From Thermoanaerobaculia bacterium (GTDB lineage: Bacteria; Acidobacteriota; Thermoanaerobaculia; Gp7-AA8), in NCBI GenBank assembly GCA_035482045.1, contig DATHRD010000063.1, positions 2,541-66,540 of the forward strand: a stretch of DNA of 64,000 bases, read 5' to 3'. The notes under the pieces are model-generated. The model ran no database searches, was not told the origin of the DNA, and worked only from the letters and a program-made list of their open reading frames with translations. Position 1 is the stretch's first letter, and each line of letters starts with the position of its first letter. Positions 56,269 to 64,000 of the stretch are shown in pieces. The position numbers were made by a program, and so were the translations under genes.

Positions 56269-57334
56269 TCGGCGGGGGTATTCCCTTCAGATCGTCCGCG
56301 ATCAGTGCGGCGGCAAATGATTGTACGACAGCGGGTGGGGCGGACAGCGTGTTTCCGTTGCGGGCATAGCGGTGCGGAGGGAGATTCGGGTCCGCTGTGA
56401 TGAAGGTTACAGGGTTGCTGGGGTGCTGGGGTGCTGGGGTGCTGGAGTGCCGGGGTTCCGGGTTGACGACGTAGGTTCGGGTGTTGTCGATCCAGGCCAC
56501 CTTGGCGATGTCGCGCCAGAATGAGTCGCTGACCGCGGGCGCGATGGCGATGGCCACCCGTGCGTTGCGCATGAGCGCGGCCCGCGCGTCGCTCCAGGCG
56601 AATGGGCTGCGGTCGAGCCAGACCACCAGGGGCAGCCGCTCGTTGTAGTGCATGGCATTCGGCCTCATGACCAGCACGCCGCCGATCGGCTCGATGGAGA
56701 CGTCGAGGCGCGCCGCGGGGGCGACCTCCTCCTGCCGCTTCTCTCCCTCGTACGTCATCGACAGCACGCTCTGTGACGCATCCGGAGACTGGACGACCAC
56801 GGCAAACCGGACCGCCTGCGGTTCCCAGGAGAGCGCGTCGATCTGCGTCCGCGGAAAGTCGACCGATAGCTGCGCGGACGTTGGGATGTGAACGGTGCGC
56901 ACGATGCTACCTGTCGGGGTGTGCAGGATATAGCTCACCTTGTGACCCCGAGGAGCCCACTGCACGTTCACCTCGTCCGCGGGGTCCTCGGGGATCCAGT
57001 GGATGTCGCTGCCGTCGATCGATACGAGGCCGACATCGAAGTTGTCCTTCCGTTTGGCCGAGAAGACGATCTCCTTGCGCTCGGGCGAGACGTCGTACGA
57101 GTCGATCGCCAGGAACTCCGGCGTCAGCGCTTTGTCGCCGTTGACGATACGGTTTCCGGCGACGCGAACCGAGGGGAGTTGTGCTCTGGCCACACATTTG
57201 AACGACGCGCAATAGTCGCCGACAAGCGCCGCGGCCGGCACCGATTCCCATCCCTTTGGCAACGGGAGCGACGCGCTGGCGCACCCTCCCAGGAGCAGCA
57301 GCCCCAGCCATGACATCCGTCGCATGCGCTGCAT
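56255..57334 (-). CDS. hypothetical lipoprotein (possible beta-propeller)
   Basis: MSWLGLLLLGGCASA lipobox; no enzymatic motif recognised. Confidence 0.5.
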   Translation of the reverse strand: MQRMRRMSWLGLLLLGGCASASLPLPKGWESVPAAALVGDYCASFKCVARAQLPSVRVAGNRIVNGDKALTPEFLAIDSYDVSPERKEIVFSAKRKDNFDVGLVSIDGSDIHWIPEDPADEVNVQWAPRGHKVSYILHTPTGSIVRTVHIPTSAQLSVDFPRTQIDALSWEPQAVRFAVVVQSPDASQSVLSMTYEGEKRQEEVAPAARLDVSIEPIGGVLVMRPNAMHYNERLPLVVWLDRSPFAWSDARAALMRNARVAIAIAPAVSDSFWRDIAKVAWIDNTRTYVVNPEPRHSSTPAPQHPSNPVTFITADPNLPPHRYARNGNTLSAPPAVVQSFAAALIADDLKGIPPPNGRR

Positions 57335-57424
57335 TCTAACACGCGCTCATAACTCGTTTGTTTACAAGCATCAACAGCCGCCGCCGATTGGCTGCGTTAT
57401 TGCTGAATAACTAAACCAGTACGA

Positions 57425-58282
57425 ATGAGGAGGAATGCGATGATGGATCTACGAAACGAGCTGATCGAGTCCGGATCTCGCCAGAAAGGCCGCGGAGGGA
57501 AAGCCACGCTCGCCTCTCTTGCGATTCACGGCGCCATGATCGGCCTGATCGTCGTCCTGTCCATGCAGGCGACGCAGAAAGTAGCCGCGGAGCACAAGCC
57601 GGAGCTGGCCTACCTTTCGACGAAGGCCGCCCCACCTCCACCGCCACCCCCGCCGCCCGCTGCTTCGCATGCCGCATCGACCCCGAAGATCGTGAAACCG
57701 GTGGAGGTACCGCAGCAGACGTTTGTGCAGCCAACCGAGATTCCTAAAGAAGTCCCGCAAGTCGAGATCCCCACCCCGACCGCCACGGCGCAGGTCGATC
57801 CGACACCATCCACGTCCACTGACCCGCCAGGCGCCCAGGAAGGCGGCGTAGCCGGCGGCGTGGCAGGAGGTGTCGTCGGCGGCCAGATCGGCGGCACGGT
57901 CGGTGGCACAGTCGGTGGCCAGATCGGCGGCGTTCTCGGCGGAACCGGCGAAGGGACCGGCGACGCGAAATCAGCGCCTGACCCCGCCGAGGGACCGCTT
58001 CCGGTTGGAGGCGACGTCAAAGCGCCCGTGGCAATCACACGTTCCAAGCCTGACTACACGGACGCCGCGCGCAAGGCTCACATCACCGGCGTCGTCATCG
58101 TCGAGACCATCGTCAACAAACAGGGAGAAGTCGAGCAGGTGAAGGTACTCAAAGGCTTGCCGCTCGGTCTCAGCGAAGAGGCCGTCGAAGCAGTCAAGAA
58201 GTGGCATTTCCACCCCGGCACACTCAACGGCAAGCCCGTCGAGGTCGTCTTCACGCTGACGGTGAACTTCACGCTGCAGTAG
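57425..58282 (+). CDS. tonB: TonB family energy transducer
   Basis: N-terminal TM anchor, poly-Pro (PPPPPPPPPAA) spacer, Gly-rich linker, C-terminal TonB domain ...GVVIVETIVNKQGEVEQVKVLKGLPL...AVEAVKKWHFHPG. Confidence 0.85.
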   Translation: MRRNAMMDLRNELIESGSRQKGRGGKATLASLAIHGAMIGLIVVLSMQATQKVAAEHKPELAYLSTKAAPPPPPPPPPAASHAASTPKIVKPVEVPQQTFVQPTEIPKEVPQVEIPTPTATAQVDPTPSTSTDPPGAQEGGVAGGVAGGVVGGQIGGTVGGTVGGQIGGVLGGTGEGTGDAKSAPDPAEGPLPVGGDVKAPVAITRSKPDYTDAARKAHITGVVIVETIVNKQGEVEQVKVLKGLPLGLSEEAVEAVKKWHFHPGTLNGKPVEVVFTLTVNFTLQ

Positions 58283-58293
58283 TAGAGCGTAAC

Positions 58294-58332
58294 GTAGCGC
58301 CGGCGGTCCGGCCGGCGAGCCGCCGGCGCTAC
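58294..58332. terminator. short REP-A palindrome (GTAGCGCCGGCGG TCCGGCCGGCGAG CCGCCGGCGCTAC) just after the tonB stop
   Basis: perfect 13 bp arms; position 12 nt after the tonB stop codon. Confidence 0.6.
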
Positions 58333-58677
58333 GTCACCTCAAGCACCGAGCGTCAGAGTACCTGTACCAAAGATCTCAGAAAGGATGCAGAATGCTCCGA
58401 GATTCACCCGTGTTAGGATCAGTCGGAGAGAGACATGGCGACTCGGCGACAGTCAGCAAGAGCGAAACAGCCTGGCGAGCACATCAAGCCATCGCCGGTC
58501 CGCCGCGAACCTTCGACCCGGCGACTTCTTTTTCCAACGGAGCCGAGCACGCTTGGGCGCAAGACGATACAGGACGCTGTCAACGCCGTCCTCCTTAAGA
58601 GCCATCGGACGTAACTCCGAGGCCGATCGGGTCGGATTCTCGATGCGCTCGCGGGCGCCGAAAGATCTTCTGAGGGC

Positions 58678-59295
58678 CTAACTTTGCACGCCCCTGAGCC
58701 AGAAGAGAATCGTGTGCGAAAAGTCCACGAACGTGAGCTCGTTGAGATCCAACCGTAATTCTGAGCATATGCCGCGTAGATCGCTCCGAAACCTGATGTA
58801 GCGGTTGTAGATCGTCGTTCCTCCTGGGATCAGAGCTGAGCCTGATTCCGTTCGGAGCCAATCCCTCACACGAGCGACGGCGATCCTCGGATCGTTGTCA
58901 TGCCGCTGAATATCCAATCCGCCGATGTCTGAGATGAACTTCTGAAATCGATGACCCTCCGAATCGAAGATAAGCAAGGATTTGTCCGCGCGCCTCCGAC
59001 TGAACGATTTGCAACCAAGATCGATACCCAACTCCAACGGCATGTTGAAGCGCGGGAGAGCACTCACTTCGTCGAGTTGCGTCCGAGACAAATCGTGGAT
59101 CGAGAATCGTGACTTTCCAATAAGGCTGACGATCTTCTGAAGGCGTACCTCGCTCGAATCGAGACGCTCGCGGGCGCAACTCGGACGAAAGCCGGCGTCA
59201 TGCACGGTAAAAACGATGGCCTCGAAGATCGGGGCGTATTCCCTGTCAAAAGGACAGTTGATGAATACGTTTTCGTCATAGCCCGAGGGCGCCAT
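58678..59295 (-). CDS. hypothetical protein in a low-GC islet; N-terminal half is tentatively TIR-like / nucleoside-2-deoxyribosyltransferase-like (flavodoxin-like fold)
   Basis: NVFINCPFDREYAPIFEAIVFTVHDAGFRP ... PRFNMPLELGIDLG resemble TIR-like (DUF1863/MTH538) motifs; about 48 % GC in sampled 60-mers versus about 68 % flanks. Assignment is by eye only. Confidence 0.4.
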   Translation of the reverse strand: MAPSGYDENVFINCPFDREYAPIFEAIVFTVHDAGFRPSCARERLDSSEVRLQKIVSLIGKSRFSIHDLSRTQLDEVSALPRFNMPLELGIDLGCKSFSRRRADKSLLIFDSEGHRFQKFISDIGGLDIQRHDNDPRIAVARVRDWLRTESGSALIPGGTTIYNRYIRFRSDLRGICSELRLDLNELTFVDFSHTILFWLRGVQS

Positions 59296-59304
59296 CGTTG
59301 TCCC

Positions 59305-60894
59305 CTACTCCCCCGCCCGCGTCGGCTGCGGCGCTCCAGGCTTCTTGCGCGAGATCGCCTTCGCCTGAAGAAACAGGCCGAGGTAATCGCGGCCGCCGGC
59401 TTTCGAATCGGTCCCCGACATGTTGAAACCGCCGAACGGATGGACGCCCACCAGCGCGCCGGTACATTTGCGATTGAGATAGAGATTGCCGACGAAGAAC
59501 TCCTCGCGCGCGCGTTCGAGCTTCGACTCATCGTCGGTGAAGACCGCGCCGGTGAGTCCGTATTGGGTGTTGTTGGCGATCCGCAGGGCGTCGTCGAAAT
59601 CCTTCGCCCGGCTCACAGCCAGTACCGGCCCGAAGATCTCCTCCTGCGAGATCGTCCCATCGGGAGCCACGTCGCCGATCACGGTCGGCTCGACGAAGAA
59701 GCCCTCGGCGTCGCGCACGTCGCCGCCGGCCAGGAGCTTCCCTCCCTCGGCCTTCCCCTTCTCGATGAACTCCTTGATCTTCCGCATGGCCGACTCGTTC
59801 ACGACAGGACCAACCTGGGTCGATCCCTCTTCCGGCGCGCCGATCCGCAGGGCCTTCGTCTTCGCCACGACCATCGGCACGAACTTGTCGTAGATGGCGT
59901 CGTCGACGATCAGGCGCGAGCAGGCCGAGCACTTCTGTCCCTGGAAACCGAACGCCGAGGCCACCACGGCGGCAGCGGCATCATCGAGATTGCCGGTGTC
60001 GCGGTCGACGATGATGGCGTCCTTCCCACCCATCTCCGCGACGACGCGCTTGATCCAGAGCTGGCCGGGCTTGGCCTTGGCCGCCTCCTCGTTGATGTGC
60101 AGACCGACTTCCTTCGATCCGGTGAAGGAGATGAAGCGAAGGCGCGGGCTCATCACCAGCGGATCGCCGACCTCGGCGCCGGAACCGCTCAGGAAGTTGA
60201 CGACGCCGGGCGGCATCCCCGCTTCCTCGAGCAGGGCAAAGAAGCGCCAGGCGATCCACGGCGCATCCGACGACGGTTTGAGAATGACGCAGTTGCCGGT
60301 GGCGACGGCGGCCGTGGTCATGCCGGCCATGATGGCCAGCGGGAAGTTCCACGGCGGGATGACACCTCCGACGCCGAGGGGAACGTAGACCAGGGCATTG
60401 TCCTCCGAGGCGATCTTCGTTATCGGCTGCTCGCCTCCCCATCGATACGCTTCGCGGGCGTAGAACTCGAGGAAGTCGATTGCCTCGGCGGTGTCGGCGT
60501 CGGCCTCGGGCCAGCTTTTGCCGACCTCGTACACCATCGTGGCCGAGAACTCGTGCTTGCGCTGTCTTAGAAGCGCTGCCGTCTTCACCAGCAGTCCCGC
60601 CCGCACATCGAGCGGCTGGCGCTTCCATGACTCGAAGGCCTTCCATGCGGCGTCCAGAGCGCGCTCGACGTGCTCCCTGGTGGCCTTGTTGAATCGCCCG
60701 AGGAGCTGCGATTTGTGCGACGGGTTGATCGAGTCGTACGTCTTCAGCCCCGTGATCCGTTCACCGCCAATCACGACCGGGTGCTCGCGGCCGAACTCCG
60801 CTCTGACGGTGGCCAGTGCCGCTTCCATCGCCGCTTTCTCCTCAGGTTTGCTAAAGTCGGTCAGCGGTTCGTTCCTGAATTCACTCAGCATCAT
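59305..60894 (-). CDS. L-glutamate gamma-semialdehyde (1-pyrroline-5-carboxylate) dehydrogenase, ALDH superfamily
   Basis: ALDH Glu and Cys motifs (EMGGKD...; GQKCSA); N-terminal region typical of RocA/PruA-type P5CDH. Confidence 0.88.
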   Translation of the reverse strand: MMLSEFRNEPLTDFSKPEEKAAMEAALATVRAEFGREHPVVIGGERITGLKTYDSINPSHKSQLLGRFNKATREHVERALDAAWKAFESWKRQPLDVRAGLLVKTAALLRQRKHEFSATMVYEVGKSWPEADADTAEAIDFLEFYAREAYRWGGEQPITKIASEDNALVYVPLGVGGVIPPWNFPLAIMAGMTTAAVATGNCVILKPSSDAPWIAWRFFALLEEAGMPPGVVNFLSGSGAEVGDPLVMSPRLRFISFTGSKEVGLHINEEAAKAKPGQLWIKRVVAEMGGKDAIIVDRDTGNLDDAAAAVVASAFGFQGQKCSACSRLIVDDAIYDKFVPMVVAKTKALRIGAPEEGSTQVGPVVNESAMRKIKEFIEKGKAEGGKLLAGGDVRDAEGFFVEPTVIGDVAPDGTISQEEIFGPVLAVSRAKDFDDALRIANNTQYGLTGAVFTDDESKLERAREEFFVGNLYLNRKCTGALVGVHPFGGFNMSGTDSKAGGRDYLGLFLQAKAISRKKPGAPQPTRAGE

Positions 60895-60934
60895 TCCTCC
60901 GGGTCCCCTTGTTGCAGATCAAAACGCCGCCGGT

Positions 60935-61675
60935 ATGTACTCGAAAAGCGCTTCCATCGCAATCGCTACGCTGCTGCTGTGCGTATCGTGCTCGTTCACG
61001 CCGCCGTGGGCTGATGAGCCGATCGGCCAGGAAGTGAATCTGTCGTTCGTCATTCGCGACAATCTGATATTCCTCCCCTCTGCGACGGTCGACGGCCGCG
61101 CGGGACAGTTCCTCTTCGGTACAGCTCAGGCCAGGACGGCGCTGGACGAACGCTTCGCCGCCAGCCTGCCCGCGGCGGCTTGGCGCGGCGGGCGGCTCCT
61201 GCAAATCAATCAGAAGGAAGCGCTCCACTTCACACCGGTGGTTCTGGACTTGCATTCTGTGGCTGACGGCATCATCGGCGCCGATGTGTGGGGCAGTCGC
61301 GCCGTCTCGATCGACTACACCTCGGGGTTGATCACGTATCAGAAAGAAGGAATCCATCCGGAGCTGATGACCATCTACCGCTTCGCCGCCGAGCCGCGCG
61401 TAACCGTCATCGTCGACGGAAAGCCGGTGGATGCCATCGTCGACACGACCTCTCCCGACACGCTGACGCTTCCGCGCGGCGCCGCCCCCGCCGGCCGGAC
61501 GCACGCGCGTCTGCAGCTCGGCGGAGCCGATCTGGGCAACCTCGATATCCACCTCGCCGACGTCTCCGATCCGCGCGTCGGCAACCGCGTCCTCTCCAAA
61601 TTTCTCGTGACGATCGACTACGGAACGCGCGAAGTCGGACTATGGCGCGACCCGCGAACCCTACAGGAGCACTAG
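60935..61675 (+). CDS. retropepsin-like (clan AA) aspartic protease lipoprotein
   Basis: MYSKSASIAIATLLLCVSCS lipobox; two half-sites ...FGTAQA... and ...VDTTSPDT... resembling D[TS]G[AS] loops. Confidence 0.55.
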   Translation: MYSKSASIAIATLLLCVSCSFTPPWADEPIGQEVNLSFVIRDNLIFLPSATVDGRAGQFLFGTAQARTALDERFAASLPAAAWRGGRLLQINQKEALHFTPVVLDLHSVADGIIGADVWGSRAVSIDYTSGLITYQKEGIHPELMTIYRFAAEPRVTVIVDGKPVDAIVDTTSPDTLTLPRGAAPAGRTHARLQLGGADLGNLDIHLADVSDPRVGNRVLSKFLVTIDYGTREVGLWRDPRTLQEH

Positions 61676-61681
61676 AATCAG

Positions 61682-62863
61682 ATGATGCGAACAACGCTCG
61701 CGTTCCTTCTACTCGGCGTCGCCACGGCCGCGGGCGCCCAATCATCGCTGCAGTTTCACGGGTACCTCGCCGCGCGCGAGATCTACGTCAACGCCCAGCC
61801 CGGGTGGCTTCAGGACGGCGTGGGGCGCTTCGATGTCGGCGCGGCCAATCCCGACGACCATCACCTCGTCAACGTCGACAGCGCGCAACTGGGCCTCGAC
61901 TGGACGCCATCCTCCTGGTTCCTGTTCCACGGAGACGGCGTGGCGCGGCATGAGCAGTCCGGCTCCGGCGGCAAACGCGCCGGCATCGTGCAGGCCTACC
62001 TCGAAATCCACAACCCGCACTGGCGCCTGCGCGCCGGCGAGTTCTGGCTGCCGACGTCCCGGGAGAACACGGATCCTCTCTGGACGTCGAAGTACACGAT
62101 CACCTACTCCGCGCTGAACTCGTGGATCGCCCAGGAAGTGCGGCCGATCGGCGCGGACCTGCAGTGGTCGCCGAGCTTCTACGTGACGGTCGGCGGGACA
62201 GCCTTTCGAGGGAATGACACGATGGGCACCGCGCTGGCCGCCCGCGGCTGGACGCTCGGTAACTATCTGACCACGTATGACGAGCGCATCCCGCTGCCGG
62301 ATTACGACTCGGTGCGGCCGATCGGCGCGGATCTCGACAACAAGAACGGCTATTCCGAGCGCGTTCGCGTGTCCCTTCCCGAGCGTGCCATGCTCCAGGT
62401 TGCACACATCGACAACCGCGCACCGATTTCTCCGGTCGATCTGAAGGGTCAGACGCCGTGGCAGACGCACTTCAACGTCGTCAGCGGAGAGGCCGGTACG
62501 ACGGGCGACACCACGGTCGCGGCGGAATGGGCGTACGGCTCGACCGCGGTGGGATTCCCGGGTGGCCGCTTCACCATGGATTTCGATACCGAGTACCTGC
62601 TGGCCTCTCACAAGTTCGGTACGGAGCGTGTCAGCGCACGCGTCGAGCGATTCTCGACGCGCGATGCGTTGCGTCCGCCCACCGACGGCAGCCGTGAGAA
62701 CGGCCGCGCCTGGACCGTGGCCTGGATGCACGATGCCAGCGCCAACGCACGCACCGGCATCGAATACGTGAGGGTCAGCGGCAACCGCCCCGGCCTCGCG
62801 CCAGACTTCGATCCACGCACCGGCGGTTCGACGGTAACGATCGAGTACCGGTACGGGTTCTGA
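61682..62863 (+). CDS. secreted, probable outer-membrane beta-barrel protein of unknown function
   Basis: signal peptide MMRTTLAFLLLGVATAAGAQ; alternating amphipathic pattern; ends with aromatic ...YRYGF; paralog starts at 63028. Confidence 0.5.
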   Translation: MMRTTLAFLLLGVATAAGAQSSLQFHGYLAAREIYVNAQPGWLQDGVGRFDVGAANPDDHHLVNVDSAQLGLDWTPSSWFLFHGDGVARHEQSGSGGKRAGIVQAYLEIHNPHWRLRAGEFWLPTSRENTDPLWTSKYTITYSALNSWIAQEVRPIGADLQWSPSFYVTVGGTAFRGNDTMGTALAARGWTLGNYLTTYDERIPLPDYDSVRPIGADLDNKNGYSERVRVSLPERAMLQVAHIDNRAPISPVDLKGQTPWQTHFNVVSGEAGTTGDTTVAAEWAYGSTAVGFPGGRFTMDFDTEYLLASHKFGTERVSARVERFSTRDALRPPTDGSRENGRAWTVAWMHDASANARTGIEYVRVSGNRPGLAPDFDPRTGGSTVTIEYRYGF

Positions 62864-62874
62864 GTCTGCGCCTT

Positions 62875-63002
62875 GCGCGTTGTCGGTTGTCGGTTGTCGG
62901 GCGCTGCGGAGCGCGTGGGAACGAGCGTTCAAGACGCGCGCCCACGTCCGACATTCAACGGGCACCAACAACCAACCGACAACCGACAACCGACAACGCC
63001 GC
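62875..63002. repeat. heptad-repeat palindromic element separating the two outer-membrane paralogs
   Basis: GCGCGTTGTCGGTTGTCGGTTGTCGGG ... CCGACAACCGACAACCGACAACGCC; core similar to the copy at 9953. Confidence 0.7.
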
Positions 63003-63027
63003 ACAGCGGCAGAACTACAATCCCCTC

Positions 63028-64000
63028 ATGCGGTCCTTCCGTCTGGCACTCCTCACCCTCGCCCTCGCCTCTCCGGCGATCGCGCAATCGGCGTTCCAGC
63101 TTCACGGCTTCCTCTCTGCTCGTGAGATCTATACGAGTGGACAGCCCTCGTGGCTCGAGGGCGGGTTCGGCCGCTTCGACACGGGCGCGTCAGGCGTCAA
63201 CGACCATCGCATCCTGACGCTCGGCGCCGCCCAGGTCGGCGCCGACTGGACGCCAGTATCGTGGCTCAACCTCCACGCCAGCGGTGTGGCGCGCCGCGAC
63301 CAACCGGGCGCGGAGGGCAAACGCACCGGCCTCGTCGACGCATACGTCAACCTGCACTCCGAGCATTTCGATGTTCGCGCCGGCCAGTTCTTCCTCGCCA
63401 CGTCGCGCGAGAACACCGGTCCGCTCTGGACCTCTCCATACACCGTCAACTTCTCGCCGCTCAACTCATGGATCGGTGAAGAGTTCCGCCCCGTGGGGAT
63501 CGACCTCGCCTGGCGGCCAAACCTCTACGTGACGGCAGCCGCCACCGCCTTTCGCAACAACGACACGCTCGGTGCGCTCCTGGCGTGGCGGGGCTGGTCG
63601 GTCGGTAACCGCCTTACGGTCTACGACGAAGTCCTTCCCTTGCCACCGCTCTTCTCTCTCCCCACCACATTCGCCAAGCAGCGCCACGACGGTACCGTCC
63701 CATTCGAGCGCGATCTCGACGGGCGCACCGGCATCTCGGCCCGACTCCGGCTGCAACTCCCCGAACGAGCAATGGCGCAGGTCACGCACGTCGACAACCG
63801 CGGCGAACGTGACGAGTATCGCGGCGAATACGCATGGCAGACGCGCTTCAACATCGCCGCCGCGCAGGTAGGCCTCACCTCGCCGGCGACAATCGCCACC
63901 GAGTACTGCTGGGGCAAGACCGGCATGGGGGATGCGCCCCGTTTCGTGCAGGCGGACTTCGCGACCTGGTACATCCTCACGTCGTACAAGCTCGGTAACG
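63028..64000 (+). CDS. paralog of the preceding outer-membrane-like protein, 3'-truncated by the window end
   Basis: MRSFRLALLTLALASPAIAQSAFQLHGFLSAREIY... aligns with MMRTTLAF...QSSLQFHGYLAAREIY; absent from the ORF track because no stop lies in the window. Confidence 0.5.
   Translation, partial: MRSFRLALLTLALASPAIAQSAFQLHGFLSAREIYTSGQPSWLEGGFGRFDTGASGVNDHRILTLGAAQVGADWTPVSWLNLHASGVARRDQPGAEGKRTGLVDAYVNLHSEHFDVRAGQFFLATSRENTGPLWTSPYTVNFSPLNSWIGEEFRPVGIDLAWRPNLYVTAAATAFRNNDTLGALLAWRGWSVGNRLTVYDEVLPLPPLFSLPTTFAKQRHDGTVPFERDLDGRTGISARLRLQLPERAMAQVTHVDNRGERDEYRGEYAWQTRFNIAAAQVGLTSPATIATEYCWGKTGMGDAPRFVQADFATWYILTSYKLGN

Overview
High-GC (about 67-68 % by eye) bacterial chromosomal segment; two tandem paralogous 'VWFA-related acidobacterial domain' proteins make Acidobacteria the most likely source. 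About 55 protein-coding genes are packed on both strands. Housekeeping genes I can support include metK, leuS followed by lptE (same order as in E. coli), dtd, ssb, yebC, murI, pepA, moaC, mobA, iscS, pcnB, lepB and tonB. There is a sigma-54 response regulator, a HAMP-PP2C phosphatase, a REC-PilZ protein, and two independent polyprenyl-phosphate GT2 + GT-C (ArnC/ArnT-like) glycosylation modules inside larger glycosyltransferase loci. There is a brnT/brnA toxin-antitoxin pair, two tandem secreted beta-helix paralogs, and several probably horizontally acquired low-GC islets. No rRNA, tRNA or CRISPR array was recognised. The most unusual content is non-coding. (1) A 2.1 kb dyad-symmetric locus in which two about 520 bp inverted copies of a highly structured element flank a divergent DinB-like/GNAT gene pair. 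(2) At least four families of interspersed palindromic (REP/MITE-like) elements. One is built from heptad repeats (GTTGTCG)n...(CGACAAC)n; it is expanded to about 550 bp and apparently read through as the N-terminal extension of pcnB. (3) Two separate tandem arrays with a 21-22 bp period. (4) A 42 bp hairpin unit inserted in-frame three times inside a GT2 gene. The six-frame ORF track contains many antisense ORFs that are GC artefacts. Gene starts were re-derived where protein-family knowledge allowed. All functional calls rest on recognising motifs by eye, not on database searches.
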